DNA of 64,000 bases from Calditrichia bacterium. GTDB lineage: Bacteria; Calditrichota; Calditrichia; JAJRVZ01. Shown here in pieces: positions 41,012-51,523 of the stretch. Within the stretch, counting starts at the first letter, position 1; every line of letters starts with the position of its first letter. The DNA lies in the NCBI GenBank assembly GCA_963777955.1, contig CAVZSQ010000022.1:576001-640000 (forward strand). Direction: 5' to 3'. Below the pieces are notes generated by a model. The model did no database searches, was not told where the DNA came from, and saw only the letters and a list, made by a program, of their open reading frames with translations. Position numbers and translations under genes: made by a program.

Positions 41012-41953
41012 GTGTTACAGCAATTGGATAAAAACGCCTTTATATTTCCCGGACAGGGATCGCAGTATGTCGGTATGGGTCAGGATCTGTTTGAAAATTT
41101 CGCCGAAGCAAAACAGATTTTTGGACGGGCCAATGAGATAATGGGTTTTGATTTAGCCGGTATATGTTTCCATGGTCCTGAGCAAGAGTTAAAACAGACC
41201 CGCATTACGCAGCCGGCAATATTTGTACACAGTGTAGCCGTGCTGGAATTACTGAAGAAGAAAGGTCTGCGACGACTTCGGCCGGCAACCGCGGCCGGTC
41301 ATAGTCTGGGCGAGTACAGTGCACTGGTGGCAGCGGGCGCTTTAAGTTTTGAGCATGGCCTGCGGCTGGTAAAAATCCGCGGGGAACTGATGCAGCAGGT
41401 TTCACAAAAAAAGGCCGGCACAATGGCCGCAATTATCGGTCTGGACTTCGACCAGGTCCGGCAGGTGTGTGAACAGGTAAAAGACAGCGGTGTGGTTTGC
41501 ACTGCCAATTTAAACTCGCCCGGACAGGTGGTGATATCGGGAGAGATCCCGGCGGTCAAAGCAGCCATGGCTGAAGCTAAAAAAAGCGGTGCTAAAAAGG
41601 TAATGGAACTGGTGGTCAGCGGCGCTTTTCATTCACCCTTAATGGAGGAGGCCCAGCAGGGCTTAGCGGCGGCTTTGCGGGAAATTGAAATTAAAGACGC
41701 CGGGATTCCCGTGTATACCAATGTACAGGCTGTGGCCTGCCAGGATAAAGATCAGCTCCGGGATCTGTTATACAAACAACTGACTCATCCTGTACGCTGG
41801 GTGGAGATAATACAGAATATGGTTGCCGATGGTTTTACGCAGTTTTATGAACTCGGCCCGGGTAAAGTTCTGAGCGGTTTAGTGAAACGGATTGACGGTT
41901 CGGTAAACTGTCAGGCAGTTGGGGATGTGAGTAGTCTTGCGGCGCTGGGATAA
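41012..41953 (+). CDS. fabD: Malonyl-CoA:ACP transacylase
   Basis: FPGQGSQ, TQPAI, GHSLGEY, VSGAFHS, ELGPG. Confidence 0.97.
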   Translation: MLQQLDKNAFIFPGQGSQYVGMGQDLFENFAEAKQIFGRANEIMGFDLAGICFHGPEQELKQTRITQPAIFVHSVAVLELLKKKGLRRLRPATAAGHSLGEYSALVAAGALSFEHGLRLVKIRGELMQQVSQKKAGTMAAIIGLDFDQVRQVCEQVKDSGVVCTANLNSPGQVVISGEIPAVKAAMAEAKKSGAKKVMELVVSGAFHSPLMEEAQQGLAAALREIEIKDAGIPVYTNVQAVACQDKDQLRDLLYKQLTHPVRWVEIIQNMVADGFTQFYELGPGKVLSGLVKRIDGSVNCQAVGDVSSLAALG

Positions 41954-41962
41954 TATTGAGGC

Positions 41963-42129
41963 TAAAGGTTAAAGGCCAAAGGCAAAAAGGTAAAAAGATT
42001 AAAAGGTCAAAAGTAAAAAAAATGTGGGAGGCGCTTCCTAGCGCCGATTAGTTACTGACCCACCCCAAACCCCTCCCTTTCAGTCCGGCGGTTGCCGGAC
42101 TGAAAGGGAGGGGCAGGGGGAGGGTTATT
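41963..42129 (+). repeat. Repeat mosaic after fabD
   Basis: AAAGG heptamers, GGAGGCGCTTCCTAGCGCCGA (42024-42047), 77-bp CCCCTCCC hairpin element (42053-42129). Confidence 0.85.
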
Positions 42130-42152
42130 TAAGGGTAAAGGATTAACGAAAA

Positions 42153-42893
42153 ATGGAACTCAAAGACAAAATCGCCATCGTTACCGGCTCAGCCCGTGGA
42201 ATTGGCCGGATGATTGCACTGGAATTGGCCGCAGCGGGAGCCAATCTGGTGGTATCCGACGTCCTGGAGCAGGATGGCCAGAATGTCGTAGCAGAGATCA
42301 AAAAACTGGGACGTGAGGCAATCTGGTTCAAGGCTGATGTGAGCAAGAGTGCCGAAGCAGCTCAACTGATTCAAGCTGCGCTGGATAAATTTACGCGCAT
42401 CGATATTCTGGTCAATAATGCCGGCATCACCCGTGACAATCTGCTTTTACGGATGAGCGAGGCGGAATGGGATAGTGTCATTGCGGTTAATCTTAAAGGT
42501 ACGTATAATTGCATCCAGGCTGCCACTAAAACTTTAATGAAACAGCGTACGGGCAAGATTATCAATATTGCCTCGGTAGTCGGGCAGATCGGCAATGCCG
42601 GTCAGGCCAATTACGCTGCTTCCAAGGCGGGAATAATCGGCCTGACCAAAGCAGTTGCAAAAGAATTAGCAGCTCGTAATATATGTGTTAATGCTATCGC
42701 ACCGGGATTTATTCAGACCGCCATGACTGATAATTTACCCGAGAAAGCAAAAGAGGCCTTGCAGAGCGTAATCCCGTTAGCCCGGTTGGGTCAGCCGGAA
42801 GATGTGGCCAGGGCCGTGCGGTTTTTAAGCAGCGCTGCCGCGAACTATATCACCGGCCAGGTGTTGAATGTGGATGGCGGGATGGTCATGTAA
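42153..42893 (+). CDS. fabG: 3-oxoacyl-ACP reductase
   Basis: TGSARGIG, NNAGITRD, NYAASKAG, VDGGM. Confidence 0.97.
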   Translation: MELKDKIAIVTGSARGIGRMIALELAAAGANLVVSDVLEQDGQNVVAEIKKLGREAIWFKADVSKSAEAAQLIQAALDKFTRIDILVNNAGITRDNLLLRMSEAEWDSVIAVNLKGTYNCIQAATKTLMKQRTGKIINIASVVGQIGNAGQANYAASKAGIIGLTKAVAKELAARNICVNAIAPGFIQTAMTDNLPEKAKEALQSVIPLARLGQPEDVARAVRFLSSAAANYITGQVLNVDGGMVM

Positions 42894-42895
42894 AG

Positions 42896-43261
42896 TACTG
42901 ACCCACCCCTAACCCCTCCCTTTCAGTCCGGCGGTTGCCGGACTGAAAGGGAGGGGCAGGGGGAGGGTTATTGAAGGGAAAAAGGCAAAGAAGTTTATAG
43001 GTCAAATGATTTCTGGAGGCGCTTCCTGCGCCGATGGAACACTCAACGCCCGGCAGACTAGCCACTATATTTCAGATAGTGGTTGAGAAAATAAATGTAA
43101 ATACTGTGGCTTTGGCCACAAAAAGAGCAAGAGATTTATAATAGGATAATGAAATTATCTGACCCTCCCTATGTCCCCTCCCTTTGCCCCTCGACTTCGC
43201 TCGGGGACCAGGGAGGGGATAAGGGGTGGGTTACTAAGGTACTCAGGAACTAAGGGACTAA
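42896..43261 (+). repeat. Repeat mosaic after fabG
   Basis: 77-bp hairpin element (42896-42972; 76/77 identical to 42053), GGAGGCGCTTCC palindrome (43015), ACTAGCCACTAT element (43057-43120), reversed CCCCTCCC element (43160-43233), GGNACTNA octamers. Confidence 0.85.
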
Positions 43262-43315
43262 TAATATTAAACAATACAAACGAAAAATCTATTTTACTAA
43301 ACAGGAGGATTAAAG

Positions 43316-43552
43316 ATGGATATTCAAGCTAAAGTTAAAGAGATCATTGTAGAGCAACTAGGCGTTGATGAAGCACAGGTTAAGCCGGAAGCGTCATTTA
43401 TCGATGATCTGGGCGCCGATTCTCTGGATACAGTTGAACTGGTCATGGCCTTCGAAGAGAAATTCGACATTGAAATTCCCGATGAAGATGCCGAAAAAAT
43501 GCGTACCGTCGGTGATGCTATGGCCTATCTGAGCACCAAGCTCGCCAAGTAA
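43316..43552 (+). CDS. acpP: Acyl carrier protein
   Basis: [14 protein letters not shown] phosphopantetheine site; AGGAGG RBS. Confidence 0.98.
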   Translation: MDIQAKVKEIIVEQLGVDEAQVKPEASFIDDLGADSLDTVELVMAFEEKFDIEIPDEDAEKMRTVGDAMAYLSTKLAK

Positions 43553-43592
43553 ATCTTGTTGAATCTTAAAACCATAGAATGATTGAGTAATT

Positions 43593-44843
43593 ATGCGACG
43601 AAGAGTTGTTATTACCGGTATGGGCAGTCTCACGCCGCTGGGACTGAATACCAGTGAATTCTGGCAGGGACTGCTGGCAGGGAAGAGCGGAGTTGGTCCG
43701 ATTACCTATTTTGATGTCAGTGAATATCCAACCAGGATTGCCGCGCAGGTACAGGGATTGAAACCGGAAGAGCACTTTGATAAAAAAGAAGTGCGGCGGC
43801 TGGATTCATTTGCCCAGTACGCCATTATTGCAGCACGTGAAGCGATTAAACAATCGGGCCTGGACCTGGAAAAAATAGATAAGAACCGTGTAGGGGTCAT
43901 TGTCGGATCGGGTATCGGCGGCATCCTGTCTTTTGAGCAGGAGGTACGCAAACTGGTTGCACAGGGACCCAAACGCGTCAGTCCCTTTTTCATTCCGCAA
44001 ATGATCTCTAACATTGCCGCCGGGCATATTTCGATGGAATTTGGATTTAAGGGACCCAATTATGCCACCGTTTCTGCCTGTGCCACCTCGGGTCATGCCG
44101 TTGGCGTAGCGCTGATGGCGATTCAGCGGGGGGATACGGAGATTGTGATCAGCGGTGGATCTGAGGCTGCCATTACCCCCATGGGTATCAGCGGATTCAC
44201 TTCCATGAAAGCAATGTCCACCCGCAATGATGATCCGGCCAGAGCCAGCCGGCCGTTTGATCTGAACCGTGACGGTTTTGTAATGGGCGAAGGCGCCGGG
44301 ATTCTGGTCCTGGAGGAACATGATCACGCTTTAAGCCGCGGCGCAAAAATAATTGCCGAGTTAAGCGGTGTCGGCTTTACCGCTGATGCCTATCATTTAA
44401 CCGCGCCGGCGCCGGGTGGTGAAGGTGCAGCCAGGGCTATGCAGCAGTGTCTTAATGATGGTGCATTATCGGTTGAGGATATCGATTATATAAACGCGCA
44501 TGGCACCAGTACCCCTCATAACGATAAGACTGAAACAGCGGCCATTAAAACTGTTTTTGGTGAACGTGCCTATGAGCTTTCAATCAGCTCGACTAAATCG
44601 ATGACCGGGCACATGTTGGGCGCTGCCGGAGCGGTCGAATTGATTGTTTCGGCGCTGGCGGTCAGCGAAAATAAAATCCCGCCGACCATCAATTATGAAA
44701 CACCCGATCCGGAGTGTGATCTCGATTATACCCCGAATGAAGCAATTGAGCGGGAAGTGCGGGCAGCCATCAGCAACACTTTTGGTTTTGGCGGACACAA
44801 TGCCTGCATCAGTCTTAAAAAGTATGTAAACGGTAAGGGCTGA
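43593..44843 (+). CDS. fabF: Beta-ketoacyl-ACP synthase II
   Basis: RRVVITG, SACATS, GFVMGEGAG, INAHGTST, KSMTGHMLGAAG, FGFGGHN. Confidence 0.97.
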   Translation: MRRRVVITGMGSLTPLGLNTSEFWQGLLAGKSGVGPITYFDVSEYPTRIAAQVQGLKPEEHFDKKEVRRLDSFAQYAIIAAREAIKQSGLDLEKIDKNRVGVIVGSGIGGILSFEQEVRKLVAQGPKRVSPFFIPQMISNIAAGHISMEFGFKGPNYATVSACATSGHAVGVALMAIQRGDTEIVISGGSEAAITPMGISGFTSMKAMSTRNDDPARASRPFDLNRDGFVMGEGAGILVLEEHDHALSRGAKIIAELSGVGFTADAYHLTAPAPGGEGAARAMQQCLNDGALSVEDIDYINAHGTSTPHNDKTETAAIKTVFGERAYELSISSTKSMTGHMLGAAGAVELIVSALAVSENKIPPTINYETPDPECDLDYTPNEAIEREVRAAISNTFGFGGHNACISLKKYVNGKG

Positions 44844-44870
44844 TCATTCTGATCGGCCCGCTGGCCTGAA

Positions 44871-45674
44871 ATGTTAAAACAAAGCATCCAATTTTTATCC
44901 AGGTTATTCAAAAAAAAGGACCAGCCGCGGGAAATCAATTTTTCCGCCATTGAACGAATCCTGAATTATTCTTTTGTAAACAAATCGTTACTGACGCAGT
45001 CCTTTAAACACCGTTCTTATCTTTCGATCACCCGGGAATCTTCGCTGGAATCCAACGAACGCCTGGAATTCCTGGGGGATGCCATTCTAGAGTTGGTGGT
45101 AACAGAATTTTTATACCGCAAATTCCCGGAGCATGATGAAGGGTATTTATCAAAGTTGAAATCAGTGCTGGTATCCCGGAAGGTGCTGGCCGAGCTGGTG
45201 ATCCGCAAAGGATTGGGCAAGCATTTATTGCTGGATCGCGGCGAAGAAAAAACGGGGGGTAAAACACGCAGTTCCAATCTGGCCAATCTCTATGAAGCGG
45301 TTATCGGCGCCGTATATCTGGACAGCGGCCTGGAACCTGCGGCCCGCTTTATTGAGCAGACGCTTTTAACGCGCTACCATGCTTTAATTAAAGATGAAAA
45401 GTTTATCAATTATAAAAGCATACTGCTGGAATATGTACAGGGGAATAAATCTGGCGAAGGGGGTGAAACGGGTGAAGCGGGCGAAGCGGGCGAAGCCCGT
45501 CTGCCCGTTTATGAACTGTTGCAGCAGACCGGACCCGATCATGACCGGCAATTTGTCATGCAGGTCAGCATTCCCGGGGGTCTGAGTGCGCTGGGGGAAG
45601 GGAAGAGCAAGAAAGTAGCCGAGCAGCGCTGTGCGCAGAATTTGTTGAACAAGATTGCGCCGGAGTTGTTATAA
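44871..45674 (+). CDS. rnc: Ribonuclease III
   Basis: NERLEFLGDAIL, EAVIGAVYLD, dsRBD GPDH...SKKVAEQ. Confidence 0.97.
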   Translation: MLKQSIQFLSRLFKKKDQPREINFSAIERILNYSFVNKSLLTQSFKHRSYLSITRESSLESNERLEFLGDAILELVVTEFLYRKFPEHDEGYLSKLKSVLVSRKVLAELVIRKGLGKHLLLDRGEEKTGGKTRSSNLANLYEAVIGAVYLDSGLEPAARFIEQTLLTRYHALIKDEKFINYKSILLEYVQGNKSGEGGETGEAGEAGEARLPVYELLQQTGPDHDRQFVMQVSIPGGLSALGEGKSKKVAEQRCAQNLLNKIAPELL

Positions 45675-45675
45675 G

Positions 45676-45952
45676 TACTGACCCACCCCAAACCCCTCCC
45701 TTTCAGCCCAAGGGCTGAAAGGGAGGGGCCGGGGGAGGGTTAGTTCATTCCCGCTGAGCGAATGGCACGCTTGATCATATGTAGGCGGGAATCTATAATC
45801 GAAAAGGGTAATGGATAAAGGGTAAAGTAAAAAGGTATGCAGGTGTTTTATACTTAGTGCCAGAGTGCCTCAGTGCCTAAGTGCCTTTTTTTTATCTCTA
45901 CCTGACGGTAGATCTCCGACTTGTCTGCGCCAGGTCTCCGACCTTTACCCTT
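45676..45952. repeat. Head-to-head repeat mosaics between convergent genes
   Basis: Plus-oriented: CCCCTCCC element (45676-45742), ATTCCC..GGGAAT element (45745-45793), heptamers. Minus-oriented: GGCAC octamers (45857-45886), GTCGGAG module (45898-45942). Confidence 0.85.
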
Positions 45953-45997
45953 AAAAGCAGGAGTTACTTCCCATACGAACTAATCCAACCTATAGAT

Positions 45998-47227
45998 TTA
46001 TCTAAGCAAAATAAGTTTCTTCGTCTCCATATAATTGCCAGCCTGCAGACGGTAAAAATAAATACCACTGGCATAATCAGCAGCATTCCACTGCCGGGAA
46101 TGCCTGCCGGCAGGTAACTCTTCAGAAATAAGAGTTGATATTTCTTTTCCTCTTAAATCAAATACTTTTAATGATACGTATGATTTTGTCGGAAGATCAA
46201 ATAAGATCATCGTCGTTGGATTAAACGGATTCGGGTAGTTCTGACCAAGCCTGAAATGTGATGGTAAGCCGGTCGATGCCGGTTCCAATGCTGCTGGTTC
46301 CGTTACAGCGGTTATTTCTGATAGAGGTCTGCGCCAGATGCCCTTGCGATCAGTTCCTGCATAAAGAAATGTATCTACGACAGCGAGACTTAAGACAGCG
46401 GTGCTGGTTAATCCTAAGTTAACAGCATACCAACTTTCTCCATGGTCGCCGGAAATTAAGACACCCCTACCCTCGGATCCTGCATATACATTGGTATCGT
46501 TGATGGCCAGACTTAGAACGTGGTCTGGGCCTGAGTCCACCATAGTCCAGATTTCTCCATTATCCTCAGAAAGGTAAGTACCACTCCAGGTACCTGCAAT
46601 TAAATTGGATCCACTTGCAGCAAAGGCATAGGCCATGGTAATAGTCGAGTCGAGACGAGTCCAGTTATCCCCTTGGTCAATCGAAGCAAAAATACCACTA
46701 AAAGCCCCGGTATAAATACTTATACCAAGAGGGGTAATGCATTGGATACAACGGAGATTGTCATAGATGAAACCCGAATTTACGGCGGTCCAAATTTTCC
46801 CGTCTCTGGTGGCGCGAAAAATGCCCCCGCCGCAGGTACCCGCTAAGATAATCGTGTCACTGACGGCGAGACAATAGACTCCTGAATCCGTCAGACCATA
46901 GTTTACAGTTGTCCAGTTTTCTTCATTTAGAGGGAGAACAAAAATTCCTCCGCCCATGGTTCCTGCAAAGAGACTGGTATCACACATAACGAGGGAGGTA
47001 ACCCAGTTATTTGTTAGTCCAGAGTTTATAGGAGTCCAGTTTAGCCCGTTGTCAGTCGAAAGAAAAACACCATCGTCGGTTCCTGCAAACAGATTGGTAC
47101 CACTGAATGCAAACGCATTGACACGATTACTATCAGGTCCATTGGTTTTACTCCATTGAGCAAAACATGGCTGGATAGCCCCAAGAATGAGAAACATTGA
47201 TATGTATATATATAATAATTTCTTCAT
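45998..47227 (-). CDS. Secreted beta-propeller (Asp-box-like repeats) protein with T9SS-type C-terminal domain
   Basis: Signal peptide; repeated LFAGT..G.F.S.D.G.NW; LGQNYPNPFNP...SGIYFYRL...KKLILLR. Confidence 0.85.
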   Translation of the reverse strand: MKKLLYIYISMFLILGAIQPCFAQWSKTNGPDSNRVNAFAFSGTNLFAGTDDGVFLSTDNGLNWTPINSGLTNNWVTSLVMCDTSLFAGTMGGGIFVLPLNEENWTTVNYGLTDSGVYCLAVSDTIILAGTCGGGIFRATRDGKIWTAVNSGFIYDNLRCIQCITPLGISIYTGAFSGIFASIDQGDNWTRLDSTITMAYAFAASGSNLIAGTWSGTYLSEDNGEIWTMVDSGPDHVLSLAINDTNVYAGSEGRGVLISGDHGESWYAVNLGLTSTAVLSLAVVDTFLYAGTDRKGIWRRPLSEITAVTEPAALEPASTGLPSHFRLGQNYPNPFNPTTMILFDLPTKSYVSLKVFDLRGKEISTLISEELPAGRHSRQWNAADYASGIYFYRLQAGNYMETKKLILLR

Positions 47228-47552
47228 AATTCCTACCTCTTCTTAATGTATATAGTGAATATAAATGTAATTGATCTAAAAAGGAACCAGTTTATACAAC
47301 TAAATCTATTAGGCTTAATATGGGCTTGAGACATTAGTACATTTAGATTTACTCGTCGGAATAAAAAAAACAGTCTAAAAAATGAACCTGAATTTTTATG
47401 TTTATTGAATTTGCCATCAGGCAGTTATGATCACTTGGAGGATTGAAATGATAATCAAAAAGAAAAGTTTAAAAACAATTATTCGGTATTGTATTACATA
47501 ATTGTAATTAATAAATTCAAATTTTATTGACATTTAACTCCGGAATTTAATC

Positions 47553-48636
47553 GTGAAAATTCTGAATGTTGTCGGTGCCCGGCCGAATTTCATGAAAATC
47601 GCTCCGATTCAGCGGGAGATGAAAAAATATCCGCAGATTGGAGCCGTTCTGATCCATACCGGCCAGCATTATGACGACAAGATGTCGAAACTGTTCTTTG
47701 ACGATCTGGAATTACCACAACCGGATGTATATTTAGGGGTCGGTTCCGGTACTCATGCCCAGCAGACGGCCAGAATCATGCTGGAATTCGAAAAGGTGAT
47801 TGAACAGCATAAACCCGATCTGATTCTGGTGGTAGGGGATGTGAATTCCACTATGGCTTGCAGTATTGTAGCATCCAAAATGGGGGTAAAGATCGGGCAT
47901 GTGGAAGCCGGTTTGCGCAGTTTTGACCGCACCATGCCTGAGGAGATCAATCGCCTGGTTACCGACGCTTTGGCTGATTTTCTTTTTGTGACCGAGAAGA
48001 GCGGATTGGAGAATCTAAAGCGCGAAGGTATTGCCGAGGAGAAGATTTTTTTTACCGGTAATGTGATGATCGATTCGCTAGTCTATTTTATGCAAAAGGC
48101 TCAAAGATCCGATATCTTAAAGCGATTGGATCTGAACGGTTATCCATATGCATTGATCACCCTGCATCGTCCCAGCAATGTGGATGTAAAGGAGAATTTC
48201 GAGAAACTTTTAGATGCTTTTGCGGTTATACAGAAAGACTTAAAAATTGTTTTTCCTATTCATCCCCGGTCACGAAAAATGTTGGACAGTTTTGATTTAA
48301 ACCAGCGTGTTAGTTCGATGAAGAAACCTGATCATGATAGATCCGATCGGTTATCTTGATTTCATGCAGTTGATGCGTCAGGCGAAACTGGTACTTACCG
48401 ATTCCGGCGGGATACAGGAAGAGACAACATATCTTGGTATTCCCTGTCTGACCATGCGTGAGAACACCGAGCGACCGGTGACTGTTGAGGTAGGTACAAA
48501 TATTATTGTAGGTTCGGATACACAGCGGATTATTGACGAGTCGGTAAAGATCATCCAGCATAAAACCAAATCCGGAAAAATTCCCGAATTATGGGATGGT
48601 CATGCTGCGGAGAGGATTGTAAAGATAATTAGTTGA
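47553..48636 (+). CDS. wecB: UDP-N-acetylglucosamine 2-epimerase, non-hydrolysing (frameshift ~48330)
   Basis: VGARPNFMK, HTGQHYD, HVEAGLRS, EEINR, TLHRP, TDSGGIQEE, RENTERP, WDG. Confidence 0.95.
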
Positions 48637-48667
48637 AAATGGGTAAAATTAATTTAATAGGAAATTT

Positions 48668-48701
48668 GTAATTGGTAATTGATAAAAGTAATTGGTAATT
48701 A
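48668..48701 (+). repeat. GTAATTG heptamer repeats after wecB
   Basis: Four copies in two pairs, about 30 nt after the stop codon. Confidence 0.6.
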
Positions 48702-48856
48702 AGCATATATACAGTCAATCAATTTCTTAGAAATAAGGTAATCTGGAAAATATAAATTCGTATTTGTTATTCAATTTTGAAGTGATTTACAGTATCTGTA
48801 TTACGAGAATAAGTAGCAACAGATTAATAAAATATCAGGCAGTCAGGAATGAGATT

Positions 48857-50524
48857 ATGAATGGAATATATCGGAAGCATAATAAAATCTATTTCTTCAA
48901 TCTTAATTTAATAATTGTGTTCTTATTTTTCATGTCTTTTAATTCCATTGCACAGGATTATTCTACAGATGAGACGGATCAGACAAAATTAAAATCGCTG
49001 ATGGGTCTCGGGACTGAACAGAAGGGTTTGACGAATATAACCCAGATTCCCAATACGCATGACTATGGCGGTTGATGAGAATACAGTATTATGTCGATGC
49101 CGGTGATGTCTTTATTTTGAAAATTGATGTCAAGGGTCCATCTTTTAAGTTATTCAATTCAGTGGTTACTCCTGATGGCTACCTTGTTTTACCAGAGGCT
49201 CCTTCGATCCAAATTAAAGATCTGATTCTTAAAGGAGGCCAAAGAAAAAATTTTAATAAATCTAAAGAAAAATTTTCCTGGCGCACAGATTGAGGCTTAT
49301 TTATATCAACTCCATCCGGTTAATGTGGGTATCATGGGTTGCGTACCCATTCCTGGTAAATATCAACTATTTTCGAATAACCGGTTATCCGATGGAATTG
49401 ATTTATCGATTTTATCATTTAAACCTGATTCTCTGCATATTTTTAATTTTGATCGAATATCGTATCGCAATGTTATTTTAAAGCGTAATAACCAGCAAAA
49501 AACTTATGATTTATTAAGGTATAAATTGCATGGCGATCTTGACCAGAATCCATATTTAATGGAAGATGATTTCATTTATGTGGGGTATAAGGATACCTTG
49601 AGTCATAATATTTCTGTCGAGGGTGGTGTTGCGGAGCCGCTGAATTTTGAGTATCAGCGAGGTGATCGATTGATCGATGCTTTAAATTTTGCCGGTGGGC
49701 TGATATCTTCAACTGATTCCGCGCGGATTGAATTGAGCCGGTTTGAGTTAAAAAGCAATATGTTTTCAAATCAGACTTTAAAATTTCCTGAAGACAGCAG
49801 TTTTGCTTTAGATGCAGATGATAGAATATTTGTCAGGAATAAATACAACTATCATAATAAGTTTATGATTGAGATTAAAGGCGAAGTCAAATACCCGGGA
49901 TTCTATGCAATAGATGAGGGTAAGACGAAATTGACCGAAATAATTGAAAGAGCAGGTGGATTTTCTCTCAGGGCTTCCCTACGAAACGCCAAACTTTTAC
50001 GTTTGAAAGAAAAAGTTGAAGATAAGGATCTTAAACGCTTGAGCAAGATGACGACTGATAAAATGAATAAGATTGAAATAAGTTATTTCAGATTGCGCAC
50101 GCGGGAGAATGCGAATCTGGTTTCTTGCGATTTTGAAAAGTTATTCAGGGGCAACAATTTAGCTGAAGATGTTGTATTGTATGATAAAGATATACTATTA
50201 ATACCTTCGTTGAGCAATACGGTATTAGTATCCGGTGGAATAAGAGCACCGGGAAATGTTTTATTTGATTCTGAACGAAATTATCTGGATTATATTAAAA
50301 TGGCTGGAGGATTCAATGAGCGGGCCCGCCAGGGATCAGTAAAAATAATCAAGACCAAGACCGGCACCTGGTTAGATGCCGAAAAAGGAATACCTGTTGA
50401 AGAAGGAGACGTTATCTTTATTCCGGAAAGGGAAGAAGTTAACTGGTACGAGGTATTAAAAGATGGGGTAACTATTGCCGCTCAGGTTGCAACTATTATA
50501 CTAATTATACAAAATTCGAAATAA
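48857..50524 (+). CDS. Polysaccharide export protein with multiple SLBB domains (frameshifted)
   Basis: Y.VDAGD, VTPDG; repeated G.V..PG...AGG SLBB motifs; EGDVIFIPE; spans three ORFs. Confidence 0.85.
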
Positions 50525-50542
50525 TTAGTAATATTATTAAGA

Positions 50543-51523
50543 ATGGAAAATATGGAAGAGCCAAAATATCAATTACTAAAATTCATTTTAAAACATAAAA
50601 AAATAAATATAGTTTGCATTAGCGTTTTGCTTATAGCAATCCTTGTGATTGTATTGTTTGTAATCCCAAAACAATACACATCGCAGGTGTCGATTCTTCC
50701 GGCCGCTGCCAATTTTTCACAGGGACTGGCTTCCAAACTGGGTGGATTAGGTAAAATCGCCGGTTTAGATTTTAGCATCACCTCCGGACAAAGCCAGGAA
50801 ATGTTTATGGGTATTCTTACATCGACCCGTTTACTGGAAAAGGTTGCTTTCTACGACTATGAGTTTCAACATTCCGATCATGAATCAAAAATGAATTTGG
50901 TTGACTTTCTTCGAAATAAAGGGAAATCAGAGAGAGAGATAAAAGAAAAGATATTTAAAGCAGATTCGTGAGGATGTGATCTCCATGTCACTGGACAATC
51001 AAAATGATATTTTATATCTCTCCATTACGACAGCAGAATCCATTTTTATCTGCACAGGTTGCAAACCGAATGGTGCACGATTTTGAATGAAATTGTCAAG
51101 CAAGAGGTTCAAAAGGAATTTCGGTTAAAACTAGCATACCTGAATAAGCGTATTGCTGAGATTCAGGATAGTTTAAAAATTGCTGAAACAGAATTAAAAA
51201 AGTTTTTAGAGACAAACATTGATCCAACCTTACCATCTTTTCAAATTCAACAGTTACGATTGCGTAGGAATGTTGAAATTCAAACCGAACTTTATATTGA
51301 ATTTCGCAAGCAGATTGAGGTTTTTATAGCCGATACGATGATTAATCTTGCCGACATCAAAGTACTCGATTCTGCTGAAGTGCCGTTTCGTAAAAGCCGG
51401 CCCAAGAGAATATTGCTTATTACAGCTTTGGTCGCGCTGGCGGGATTTGTGCAACTGGGTGTCAATGCTTCCATTTTAATATACAAAAACATTAGATCTG
51501 AATTATTTCGGATTCACTCTTGA
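50543..51523 (+). CDS. Wzz/Wzc-type chain-length determinant (frameshifted)
   Basis: N-terminal TM + PKQYTSQVSILP; coiled coil; VLDSAEVPFRKSRPKR + TM. Confidence 0.85.
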
